A program made the translations under genes and the position numbers. From Alphaproteobacteria bacterium (GTDB taxonomy: Bacteria > Pseudomonadota > Alphaproteobacteria > UBA2136 > UBA6156), in the NCBI GenBank assembly GCA_027485835.1, contig JAIXQG010000002.1:880681-944680 (forward strand): 64,000 nt of DNA, written 5' to 3'. Shown piece after piece: positions 1 through 8,259 of this stretch. The notes under the pieces were generated by a model. The model saw only the letters and a program-made list of their open reading frames with translations, searched no databases and had not been told where the DNA came from. Each line of letters opens with the position of its first letter. Within the stretch, counting starts at the first letter, position 1.

Positions 1-580
1 CGCTGTAGAGCAGGCCCAAGCTGTGCGGGTAGGCGATTTCGCGGATGATTTCCAGTTTCTCTGGCGTGCCGATGGCGACCGTCGTGGTAGCGAGTTCGCC
101 GAGGCCGTCTATCACCAGCACCACCGCCTTACTGTAGGGCGATGGATAGAAGGCGCTGGCGGCGTGCGACAAATGGTGTTGTGCGAAGAGGATTTTGGAC
201 GACGGAATGTTGGCGTGGTGGTGCTGCAATTCCTTGATCAGCTTTTGGCGTTGCAGGAACTTTTCGGCGAGCCAGTCTTCCGCGCTTTGAATGAAGCTGC
301 GGAAGCCTGCGGGGGCAATCGCCTTATAGGTTTGCAGCAGGCGTGTGAATTTGAGCAAGGGTTTGTCGTAGAACGCGACGTGGGTGACGTCTTCCAGCGT
401 GATGCCCGCTTGGGCGAGGCACCAGGCGATGGAGCTGTGCGGGAAGTTGGTGTCGTGGCGTTGGCGGGTGAAGCGTTCTTCCTGTGCGGCGGCAACGATT
501 TCGCCATCCTTCAGCAAAGCGGCTGCCGAGCTTTGATAGAGCCCTGAGATACCGAGGATATAAACCGGTGATGTGCTCAT
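1..580 (-). CDS. Carbamoyltransferase (NodU/CmcH/HypF-like family), N-terminal part; gene runs off the window start
   Basis: Reverse-complement translation from ATG at 580: MSTSPVYILGISGLYQSSAAALLKDGEIVAAAQEERFTRQRHDT, typical carbamoyltransferase N-terminus. Not in ORF track because there is no in-window stop. Confidence 0.6.
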   Translation of the reverse strand, partial: MSTSPVYILGISGLYQSSAAALLKDGEIVAAAQEERFTRQRHDTNFPHSSIAWCLAQAGITLEDVTHVAFYDKPLLKFTRLLQTYKAIAPAGFRSFIQSAEDWLAEKFLQRQKLIKELQHHHANIPSSKILFAQHHLSHAASAFYPSPYSKAVVLVIDGLGELATTTVAIGTPEKLEIIREIAYPHSLGLLYS

Positions 581-1041
581 TAGCCGAGTTTCCGCATATC
601 GGTGGGGGGTTGGGGGGGGTGCCAGTAGGTGGTGGATTTGGGGTCGAACTGGCGGTGGAGAGGGTCGTGTCCGCGCAGCTGCATGTAGAGGCCGGAGGGA
701 AGTATGTAGAACAACCAATAAAGGCTGAGCAGAACGCGGGCGCCGGCATTCAGCGTGCTGTACCACGCCGTGCTGAGGTGGATGAAGAGCTGGGGTTTCC
801 AGAGACCCAACAAAACACACCAGCAGGCTAGCATGAGGGGAATGGGTTGCGAGACGTTGGTAAGCCAAGTCAGAACACAGCTCAGCAACGCCAGCAGTGT
901 GGCGATGTAAAATGCCATGTCGGCCGCAAGCTCTTGCGCCGTGCCTTCGGCTTGTGAGGCTGAGTGGAAGACTCCCATAGCTATGGTTATGCGGTGGGGG
1001 AAGGGGAGCGTCAAGCATACAGTTTGGGGGATGTGTGTCAT
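580..1041 (-). CDS. Small hydrophobic membrane protein, hypothetical. Stop overlaps the carbamoyltransferase start (TAATG).
   Basis: 153-aa ORF with several hydrophobic segments. Translational coupling to the downstream gene. Contains a poly-C tract (PPQPP). Confidence 0.4.
   Translation of the reverse strand: MTHIPQTVCLTLPFPHRITIAMGVFHSASQAEGTAQELAADMAFYIATLLALLSCVLTWLTNVSQPIPLMLACWCVLLGLWKPQLFIHLSTAWYSTLNAGARVLLSLYWLFYILPSGLYMQLRGHDPLHRQFDPKSTTYWHPPQPPTDMRKLG
604..619. repeat. Homopolymeric G tracts (6 G and 8 G) near the 3' end of the membrane ORF, 25-40 bp upstream of the carbamoyltransferase start
   Basis: ggtggggggttggggggggt at 601-620. Confidence 0.9.
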
Positions 1042-1070
1042 TCCAAGGGCTTCATGGCCGGAGTGAGATG

Positions 1071-1079
1071 TTATCCACA
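1071..1079 (+). promoter_or_regulatory. Perfect DnaA box TTATCCACA
   Basis: Exact 9-mer match in an intergenic region. Confidence 0.5.
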
Positions 1080-1251
1080 GAAGGGGCGGTTTGAGGGTGG
1101 TTACGTATGATATTTGTAAGATTTGCGTGGATTTTGTGTTTAATATATTGATTTATAACAATGTCAGGAAGTGGTTAAAACGTGTGCAGAGGCGTCGGGG
1201 GTGAGGCTGGCTGGGCTTTAAGGGGGGTGGGATGGCGAGATGTCCCAAGAG

Positions 1252-1260
1252 TTATCCACA
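1252..1260 (+). promoter_or_regulatory. Perfect DnaA box TTATCCACA, 180 bp from the first box, flanking an AT-rich stretch
   Basis: Exact 9-mer match. AT-rich 1100-1180 between the boxes. Confidence 0.5.
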
Positions 1261-1335
1261 GATTTTGGGATAACTTGAAAAAGCATAAATATTTTTGGGG
1301 GTTAGAGGGAACAAAATGCAACCTTCTGCTAGCCG

Positions 1336-3285
1336 TTGGCAGACGCCGGGAAGTGTGCGAGTTTCGGCATGATGAATGGGAATGTGGCTGACGGTATTGA
1401 GGTGATTAAGGGACGGTTGGCCAACCTGCCAACTACACCTGGCGTGTACCGTATGCTCAATGCCAAAGGGGACGTGCTGTATGTGGGCAAGGCGCGCAAC
1501 CTGAAAGCACGCCTAACCAGTTATACGCAGCCGGAGCGGATGGTGGTGCGTATCCGCAAAATGGTGTTTGAAACCCGCGAACTGGTGGTGGTGGAAGTAC
1601 CTACCGAAGCCGAAGCGCTGCTGCTGGAAGCCAACCTGATTAAAAGCCTGAAGCCGCGGTATAATATTATTTTCCGTGACGATTCCAGTTATGTCTCAGT
1701 GCTAATTACCGATGAAGAGACGCCGATGATAAAGTCGCATCGGGGTGCGCGGCGGACCAAGGGCGATTATTTCGGGCCTTACCCGAGTGCGAGTGCGGTG
1801 TACCAGACTCTCGATTTGATGGAGCGGGCGTTTAGGTTGCGGACCTGTGTGGAGACGGTGTTTAAGAACCGCACGCGGCCGTGTTTGAAGTATGACATCA
1901 AGCGTTGTAGCGCACCGTGTGTGGGAAAAATTGACCATAAGGCCTATGCCGCGACGGTGACGCAGGCCAAAAAGTTTTTGCGCGGTGAGCGCGGTGAGGT
2001 GCTGAAGGATATGCAGCGCGCGATGGAGGCGGCATCGGCTGCTTTAGAATTTGAGCAGGCCGGTGTGATTCGCGACCGGATCAAGGCGCTGAGCCATGTG
2101 AGTGGTGGCAGTGCGTTGAGCCACGCTTTGGCGGAAGCGGATGTATTTGCGATTGTGCGTGAAGGCGGGCGGTTGGGGATTCAGGCGTTCTACTATCGCA
2201 ACGGCCAGCACGTGGGGAACCAGATGTACTACCCCAAGTTTGACATGGGGACGCGCGAGGACAGTGGTGAAGCGGAGGATGAACTGGCCGAAGCACTGCG
2301 GGTGTTTTTGGCGCTGCATTATACCCAGCGTGCGGCCGTGGGGCAGGTGGTGTGTAACTTGATTCCGGCCGATGTCGAGACTCTGAGTGAGGCGCTGAGT
2401 GTGAGCGCGGGGCGTAAGGTAAAAATTGAAGTACCGAAGAGCGGTGACAAGCGTGCGGTGGTGGACCATGCCGCAAAGAACGCGGTGAATGCGCTCCACC
2501 GTAAGAATGCCGAGAACGACGGCTGGGCGACGCAAATGGCGAGTTTTGGCGAGATGCTGAAGTTGCCGCGGAGTTTGGAATTGCTGGAGTGTTACGATAT
2601 TTCGAATATTTCCGGGCGTTTTCCGGTGGCCAGTTGTGTGGTGGCGGGCCGTGAGGGGATGCTGCGCCAGCGCTACCGGCGCTACCATATTAAAACCAAA
2701 AATACCCCCGACGATTACGCGATGTTGCGTGAGGTGCTGACGCGCCGTGTGGAGAAGGGTATGAAGGAGCTGGCGTTTGACGACGAGGGGCGTCCGCTTG
2801 GGTTGCCGGATGTGCTGCTGGTGGATGGCGGTAAGGGCCAGTTGAACGTGCTGGTGGATGTTGTGCGCAGCCTTGGGCTGTTGGGCCAGCCGGAGTGCCC
2901 CGCGCTGGTGGGCATTGCCAAGGGCGAGGAGCGTGACAAGGGTTTGGAAACGATTTTCCAAGCCAAGGTGGATGCGCAGGGAGACGTGGTGTTGGAAGAA
3001 CTGCCGGTAACCTTCAATAGCGCCTTGATTTTTGTGTTGCAGCGGATACGCGATGAAGCGCACCGATTTGCGATTACCTTCCACCGCGAAAGCCGTGGCA
3101 AGGCGTTAGCGGTAAGTCGGTTGGATGGCATCCCCGGTGTGGGGCCGACCAAGAAAAAGGCGTTGTTGCTGCACTTTGGCAGTGTGGAAGGTGTGCGTGG
3201 TGCGAGCCTTGAGGCGCTGAGTCATGTGAATGGGATTGGCGAGGAGTTGGCGCAGATAATCTATGATTATTTTAAGACGAGTTAG
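1336..3285 (+). CDS. uvrC: Excinuclease ABC subunit C
   Basis: GIY-YIG motif VYRMLNAKGDVLYVGKARNLKARLTSY. Full-length 649 aa with UvrC C-terminal HhH region. Start may be at 1366. Confidence 0.95.
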   Translation: MADAGKCASFGMMNGNVADGIEVIKGRLANLPTTPGVYRMLNAKGDVLYVGKARNLKARLTSYTQPERMVVRIRKMVFETRELVVVEVPTEAEALLLEANLIKSLKPRYNIIFRDDSSYVSVLITDEETPMIKSHRGARRTKGDYFGPYPSASAVYQTLDLMERAFRLRTCVETVFKNRTRPCLKYDIKRCSAPCVGKIDHKAYAATVTQAKKFLRGERGEVLKDMQRAMEAASAALEFEQAGVIRDRIKALSHVSGGSALSHALAEADVFAIVREGGRLGIQAFYYRNGQHVGNQMYYPKFDMGTREDSGEAEDELAEALRVFLALHYTQRAAVGQVVCNLIPADVETLSEALSVSAGRKVKIEVPKSGDKRAVVDHAAKNAVNALHRKNAENDGWATQMASFGEMLKLPRSLELLECYDISNISGRFPVASCVVAGREGMLRQRYRRYHIKTKNTPDDYAMLREVLTRRVEKGMKELAFDDEGRPLGLPDVLLVDGGKGQLNVLVDVVRSLGLLGQPECPALVGIAKGEERDKGLETIFQAKVDAQGDVVLEELPVTFNSALIFVLQRIRDEAHRFAITFHRESRGKALAVSRLDGIPGVGPTKKKALLLHFGSVEGVRGASLEALSHVNGIGEELAQIIYDYFKTS

Positions 3286-3337
3286 ATTGTACTTTGTGGC
3301 CGCCTGCATGGGGCCGAATTATTTTCTGAAAACAACG

Positions 3338-3358
3338 AAGGCCGCCATGATGGCGGCC
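3338..3358. terminator. Palindromic hairpin ggccgccatgatggcggcc, possible bidirectional terminator
   Basis: Perfect inverted repeat. Confidence 0.35.
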
Positions 3359-3373
3359 AACGAAGTATGTATA

Positions 3374-3562
3374 TTAACGTGTCAGGGTGCGAATGGGCAC
3401 TCTGGAGTTTTTAAAGTCGCGAATGGCGCGATTGACCATATCCCTGTTGGAATCGAGAAGAGCCTCGGGATTTTGGATTTTACGCTTTCTCAGCTCTTTC
3501 AGAATATCACTATCCCGAAAGTGCGGAGACGAAGCTTCAATCGCGCTTTTAAGCTTACTCAT
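3374..3562 (-). CDS. Hypothetical small protein (62 aa), low-GC. Second gene of an overlapping pair; possible toxin-antitoxin-like module.
   Basis: ATGA start/stop overlap with the upstream ORF. Local GC ~47% versus ~60% in flanking genes. Confidence 0.3.
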   Translation of the reverse strand: MSKLKSAIEASSPHFRDSDILKELRKRKIQNPEALLDSNRDMVNRAIRDFKNSRVPIRTLTR

Positions 3563-3840
3563 CAGATAAACTCAGCCCCCTGCATATGCGTGCCTGTGGC
3601 ACGAGCTGCCAGAAAGCATGACTCAGCGTAACCAATGAGTACATCGGCTGTGGGTTCGTGATGGTTCACAAATTCCATCAACGCACCGGACGAGCACATG
3701 CGACTCATGCTGTAGAGCAGTTCCGCATGGATCGATCGATCGGATCGAGTGAGAGAAGACAGGCTGTCTTCAGCCAAAAGTTCCCGCATTTCTTTTTTTC
3801 TAGATGTAGGCATGAACGTCCCCGTATGTCTGGAAAGCAC
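3562..3840 (-). CDS. Hypothetical small protein (92 aa), low-GC, first gene of the overlapping pair
   Basis: ORF with foreign-looking composition. No confident homology from memory. Confidence 0.3.
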   Translation of the reverse strand: MLSRHTGTFMPTSRKKEMRELLAEDSLSSLTRSDRSIHAELLYSMSRMCSSGALMEFVNHHEPTADVLIGYAESCFLAARATGTHMQGAEFI

Positions 3841-4233
3841 GGCACGAGACCTTCCCCCGTGATTGGTAGTAAAATAATAGAGATGTGCCGTTGGTTGAGG
3901 GTATAAGGCGATGTGGTTTGGTATGCAAGTCGTTTGGTGTCCGGTTTCGCTTGTAAGGCAATTTTGAGGGGCATATCATAAGGGTGTTGTGGGGGAGGGT
4001 GTCGTGCGAACGCCAGCCGCCCGCCCTAGGTGGAAGTCAGAGTTCTGCCATGGACACGCACAACGAAAGAACCGAACGTTTAGGATGCGTTACGTTATTG
4101 GCGGGTTACAAACCTGCGTTTGGCGGGAACCTGTAAGTGACGCATGTGTTGGCCTGTAGGGCCTGAGTTCGGGGACTAAGGCTCTGCCTGCCCGGTCGGG
4201 TAGGCGAGAAATGAAGAAAGAAAGATCGTTATC

Positions 4234-4833
4234 ATGCATCTCAGCATTGCAGGAGTTCATATGGAAACCAGTGAAGCGCTGCGCGCCCACACCGAGGAAC
4301 GTGTGAAGAGCATCAAGGCTTTCTTTGACCAAGTGATTGATGTGAATGTAAAGTTTGTACACGATACCAAGCATGCGCACATGCACCTTGCCGATGTGAC
4401 CGTGCAAGCCAGTGGCCTGATGCTGCGCGCCGAAGCGCAAGCCGCCGACTGGTATGCCGCCATTGATGCGGCGGTGGAAAAGCTGCAAAAGCAACTAAAG
4501 AAGTATAAAGGTAAGCTGGAACAGCGCAAAAGCCAGCAGCAGGAGTACAAAGAGCGCGTACGCGACCTTGGCCCGCTGGCGTTTGAGGAAGTGCCGATGG
4601 CCGATGGCCCTGACACTGGCCTAGAAGCGCAGTTTGCCGAATTTGCGCCGGATATTTCTAAGAAAGAAGTCAGCAAGATTTCTCCCATGACTGTGGATGA
4701 GGCTGTGATGCAGATGGATTTGCTGCATAAGCCTGCGTTTTTGTTCATGAATGTGGATACTAAGGAGCTGAATATGGTTTATAGAGAAGGCGAAAATTCG
4801 GTGAGATGGGTTGCGCCTAAGATGGCCGCTTAA
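4234..4833 (+). CDS. hpf: Ribosome hibernation promoting factor (long HPF/RaiA form)
   Basis: N-terminus MHLSIAGVHMETSEALRAH matches the HPF pattern. Has the C-terminal dimerisation domain. Confidence 0.85.
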   Translation: MHLSIAGVHMETSEALRAHTEERVKSIKAFFDQVIDVNVKFVHDTKHAHMHLADVTVQASGLMLRAEAQAADWYAAIDAAVEKLQKQLKKYKGKLEQRKSQQQEYKERVRDLGPLAFEEVPMADGPDTGLEAQFAEFAPDISKKEVSKISPMTVDEAVMQMDLLHKPAFLFMNVDTKELNMVYREGENSVRWVAPKMAA

Positions 4834-4854
4834 GTGAACAGTCGAAAGTGAACA

Positions 4855-4884
4855 GGAGGGCTCCGATTACGGGGCCCTTTTATT
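4855..4884 (+). terminator. Rho-independent terminator after hpf
   Basis: agggctccgattacggggccc hairpin followed by a T-run. Confidence 0.6.
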
Positions 4885-4971
4885 TAACGTAGAATAGTTA
4901 TGGGTAAACTTGGCTTGTGATGGGCGGATTTTTTTGTTGTGGGGGTTGGGGGATTGAGTGAGACTGACGGC

Positions 4972-6072
4972 ATGACAATGCAAAACAGTGGCCGGGTGAA
5001 AGCCCTTGGCATGATGAGTGGGACCAGCCTTGACGGTGTGGACGTATGTTTGGTGGACACTGATGGCGAGCAGGAGGTTGCGGTGCTGGGGCGGTATTAC
5101 CGGCAGTATCCGAGCCGTTTGCGCGAGCGCTTGTTGGAGGTATCACGCGGGGATATTCCGCTCGCCGACGTGTTGCGGTTGGAACGGGACGTGACCGAGC
5201 AGTATGCGCTGGCGCTGCTGGAAAGCAATTTGCTGGAACAGGCTGATGTGGTGGGGTGCCATGGCCAGACGGTGCGTCATATGCCGACCGAAGGGCTGAC
5301 CTGGCAGTTAGGCGACCCGAATTATCTGGCCGAGCGCATTACCGGTGTGAAGCCCGTGCCGGTGGTGATGGATTTCCGGCGGCGTGACATGGCGGCGGGA
5401 GGTGAGGGGGCACCGCTAGCCCCGTTGTTCCATGCGGTGATGCTGGGTAAGCGTGCTAAGGTGGCGTGTTTGCTGAATATCGGTGGCGTGGCGAATGTGA
5501 CGGTGGTGCACCCGGACGGGCGTGTGTTGGCGAGTGACTGCGGCCCAGGCATGGGCATGTTGGATACCTGGATGCAGGAGCAGGCCGGAGCTGAATTTGA
5601 CAAAGACGGTGCGGCGGCACGGCAGGGGATTGTGCAACAAGAATTGGTGGCACGCGCGTTGACTGAGATCGGGTTTTTTAGCCGACCTGTACCGTGCAGT
5701 GCTGATCGGTATGAATTTTACGGGATGTTCGATTGGATGAAAGGCCTGAATGTGGCCGATGGTGCCGCCACGCTGGGCGCACTGACCGTAGCGGGTATTG
5801 ACCGTACCCTGCGCGCGTTCGGCGTGGCGCCGGACGAAGTGGAGGGGCTGTATGTTTCCGGCGGTGGCAGCTACAACCCGGTGGTGATGGAAGGCCTTGC
5901 CGACCATGGTTGGCAGGTGGCCGATAGTACCGCCCTGGGATGGGAGCCTTTGGCCGTGGAAGCGGCGTGCTTTGGATGGCTGGCGGTGCGGCGGTTACGC
6001 GGTTTGCCGACGGCCCAGCCGAGTACGACGCATTGCACCCACCCCACCGTGGGCGGTGTTTTGACGGTATAA
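4972..6072 (+). CDS. anmK: Anhydro-N-acetylmuramic acid kinase
   Basis: GMMSGTSLDGVD motif and overall AnmK length. Confidence 0.85.
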   Translation: MTMQNSGRVKALGMMSGTSLDGVDVCLVDTDGEQEVAVLGRYYRQYPSRLRERLLEVSRGDIPLADVLRLERDVTEQYALALLESNLLEQADVVGCHGQTVRHMPTEGLTWQLGDPNYLAERITGVKPVPVVMDFRRRDMAAGGEGAPLAPLFHAVMLGKRAKVACLLNIGGVANVTVVHPDGRVLASDCGPGMGMLDTWMQEQAGAEFDKDGAAARQGIVQQELVARALTEIGFFSRPVPCSADRYEFYGMFDWMKGLNVADGAATLGALTVAGIDRTLRAFGVAPDEVEGLYVSGGGSYNPVVMEGLADHGWQVADSTALGWEPLAVEAACFGWLAVRRLRGLPTAQPSTTHCTHPTVGGVLTV

Positions 6073-6082
6073 GTGCAGGCGG

Positions 6083-6385
6083 ATGAAGACGTTTTTGCGG
6101 CAGGTGTGGAGCGGCAGCTGGATGTTGTTTTGGAGCGGTATGCTGGTGTGGCTGGCGTATGGCATCTGGCAAGGGGGTTGGTGGGTGGCCACGCACAAAT
6201 GGGAATTGACCGGTTTGGCGATTGTGGCGTTGGCTTTGGTACCGTTGCTTTCGGCGTGCCATGGTGCTTGGCTGGCGGTGCAGATTTTGCTGGGGAAGAC
6301 CAGCCCGCGGATGGCGCGGCGGAAGTTTAGAAACGGGATTGCGGATGTGTTGATGTATAGCAAAACGGGGCTCTGGAAAGAGTAG
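6083..6385 (+). CDS. Small membrane protein, hypothetical
   Basis: 100-aa ORF with two hydrophobic helices. Confidence 0.3.
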   Translation: MKTFLRQVWSGSWMLFWSGMLVWLAYGIWQGGWWVATHKWELTGLAIVALALVPLLSACHGAWLAVQILLGKTSPRMARRKFRNGIADVLMYSKTGLWKE

Positions 6386-6402
6386 GTTTGTGGCTGATTG
6401 AA

Positions 6403-6579
6403 GGCGCGAGCTAAAACGGCGCCATAGCACTTTTTCGCGTGGCTTATGTACCTTCGTTTTTGTACACCGCGCCACGCGAAAAAGCACTCTGCCACCGTTT
6501 ATAGCCTCGCGCGCAGGGGCTTCCGTGCTTTGCACTGTTGGCGCTGGGAGAGCTATGCGCTGAGCGCATATCTCGCGCC
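6403..6579. repeat. MITE/REP-like intergenic repeat, copy A. Conserved ends ggcgcgRgctaaaa ... tttatagcNNcNcgNgNgggg, with internal hairpins.
   Basis: Shares terminal motifs with copies at 10889-11020 and 46199-46334. Internal perfect inverted repeat gcactttttcgcgtggc / gccacgcgaaaaagcac. Confidence 0.55.
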
Positions 6580-6681
6580 AAAAGGAATGCCTGCGGCATG
6601 GGTTGGGTAGTTTAGGGGCACGGGGCTTTGTTTTTTGTGGCGGATTGGGGTAGTCTGGGAGCAAGAAAAAAGGGTTTGGCG

Positions 6682-7710
6682 ATGAACGGCGGTAAGATTG
6701 AATTTGAGGGCGATGAGGCGGATATTGTGGCCACCAGCTTGCTGCGCCGCGACCTGCCCGTGGTGATTGCCGGTACCGCCAGCCAGAGTTTGGGTGAAGA
6801 AATTGCGTGGGGGCTTGGCGGCTACGTTCACCCCGTGACCGTGGAGCGCTTTGCCGATGGTGAGATTGGCGTGGAGCTGGGTGCCAGCGTGCGGCGGCGG
6901 AATGTGTTTATCGTGCAGAGCCTGTACCGCCCGCAGGAGCACCTGATGGAGCTGATGCTGCTGATTGATGCGTGCCGGCGTGCCAGTGCTGCGGAAATTA
7001 CGATTGTGGTACCGTACCTTGCCTATAGTAGGCAGGACCGTAAGGCGCGCTTGCGCAGCCCGATTTCGGCCAAGGTAGTGGCGCGGATGCTGGAGACCGC
7101 CGGTGCTGACCGGATTATGACCTTTGACTTGCACAGCGGGCAGGTACAGGGTTTTTACGAGATACCCTGCGATAACCTGCCCGGTGCGGAGATTTTGGCG
7201 CCGGTGGTCCAGCGGGCGTTGTTGGGGGATGATATCTGTTTAGTGGCGCCGGATGCCAGCGGTTTGGACCGCGTGCGGCATTTTATGAAGCGGCTGGATG
7301 CCGATGGTGATGAGCGGCCGGATGATTACCCTGTAGCGGTGGTGGACAAGCGCAAGGCCAAGCAGAACCTTGGCGCGGAAGCGGTGGTGGGGAATGTGGA
7401 CGGTTGCCACTGCGTGATTGTGGACGACATGATTGATACCGCGGGGAGCTTGCTGGCAGCTGTAAATGCGTTGCGGAGTGCGGGGGCGAGCAGCATCAGC
7501 ATGGTAGTGACTCATGGTTTGTTTAACGGCGATGCCTTGCGGGTGGTGGCCGGTGCGGGGCTGAAAAACCTGTGGCTGACCGACAGCGTGCCGGTGAGTG
7601 AGGACATTAAGAGCCTGCGCGGCGTGAAGGTGGTGAGTGTGGCGCCGCTGTTGGTGAAGGTGATTAAGCGGGTGAGTTTGGGGGATTCTCTCGAAGAAAT
7701 TTACAGTTAA
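6682..7710 (+). CDS. prs: Ribose-phosphate pyrophosphokinase
   Basis: RFADGEI, VRRRNVFIVQS and DDMIDTAGS motifs. Confidence 0.9.
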   Translation: MNGGKIEFEGDEADIVATSLLRRDLPVVIAGTASQSLGEEIAWGLGGYVHPVTVERFADGEIGVELGASVRRRNVFIVQSLYRPQEHLMELMLLIDACRRASAAEITIVVPYLAYSRQDRKARLRSPISAKVVARMLETAGADRIMTFDLHSGQVQGFYEIPCDNLPGAEILAPVVQRALLGDDICLVAPDASGLDRVRHFMKRLDADGDERPDDYPVAVVDKRKAKQNLGAEAVVGNVDGCHCVIVDDMIDTAGSLLAAVNALRSAGASSISMVVTHGLFNGDALRVVAGAGLKNLWLTDSVPVSEDIKSLRGVKVVSVAPLLVKVIKRVSLGDSLEEIYS

Positions 7711-7762
7711 GGGTTTTTGGTATACGTACGGGTCAGTTTGTTTTGCTAAGAGGAGCAAGAGA

Positions 7763-8110
7763 ATGACCGAAGCATTTAATCATAAAGAACTTGAAGACTG
7801 GCGACAGGGCTTGGATATTCCGGCTTTGCGCAAAAGATTGGCCGAGGCGGCTGCGCCTGAAAAGGCTGCCAACCCGAATGCTCGGGCGACGTTGGCGGCT
7901 CTCTCGGCCGTTTACGGGCATATCGAGGCCGGTGAGTACACGAAGGCGCGAAGCTTTTTTTTGGGGCTGGAAGAGTTCTTGCGGGACACTACCGGCTGGG
8001 AGGAAGGACAGGGAAAGCCTTTGCCGAGCCCTCTGGACGAGGATGAACTTTCCAAGATGTTCTGGCAGGCTTCTAAGGCTTTGAGTAATCTCGCTTCGTC
8101 TGCAACTTAA
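7763..8110 (+). CDS. Hypothetical protein (115 aa)
   Basis: ORF with RBS aggag upstream. Confidence 0.45.
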   Translation: MTEAFNHKELEDWRQGLDIPALRKRLAEAAAPEKAANPNARATLAALSAVYGHIEAGEYTKARSFFLGLEEFLRDTTGWEEGQGKPLPSPLDEDELSKMFWQASKALSNLASSAT

Positions 8111-8149
8111 TGCTGCAGGTGGCTTGATAGCGCTAAATGATAAGCGAGT

Positions 8150-8178
8150 GGAGGGAGGGTGTGAGCCCTCCCTTTGCG
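8150..8178 (+). terminator. Hairpin terminator
   Basis: ggagggagggtgtgagccctccc followed by a T-rich stretch. Confidence 0.45.
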
Positions 8179-8259
8179 TTATCAGGAAATATCTTGCTTT
8201 TATGGCGGATTTGGGTATGGTGCGGGCGTTCAAAGTATTCACATAAAGAGGATAGCGCG

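Noticed and set aside
1300-1325. Alphaproteobacterial LexA box (GTTCN7GTTC / GAACN7GAAC) upstream of uvrC: GAACaaaatgcAACC
   Set aside because: Two mismatches in the second half-site. Not convincing without a PWM score.
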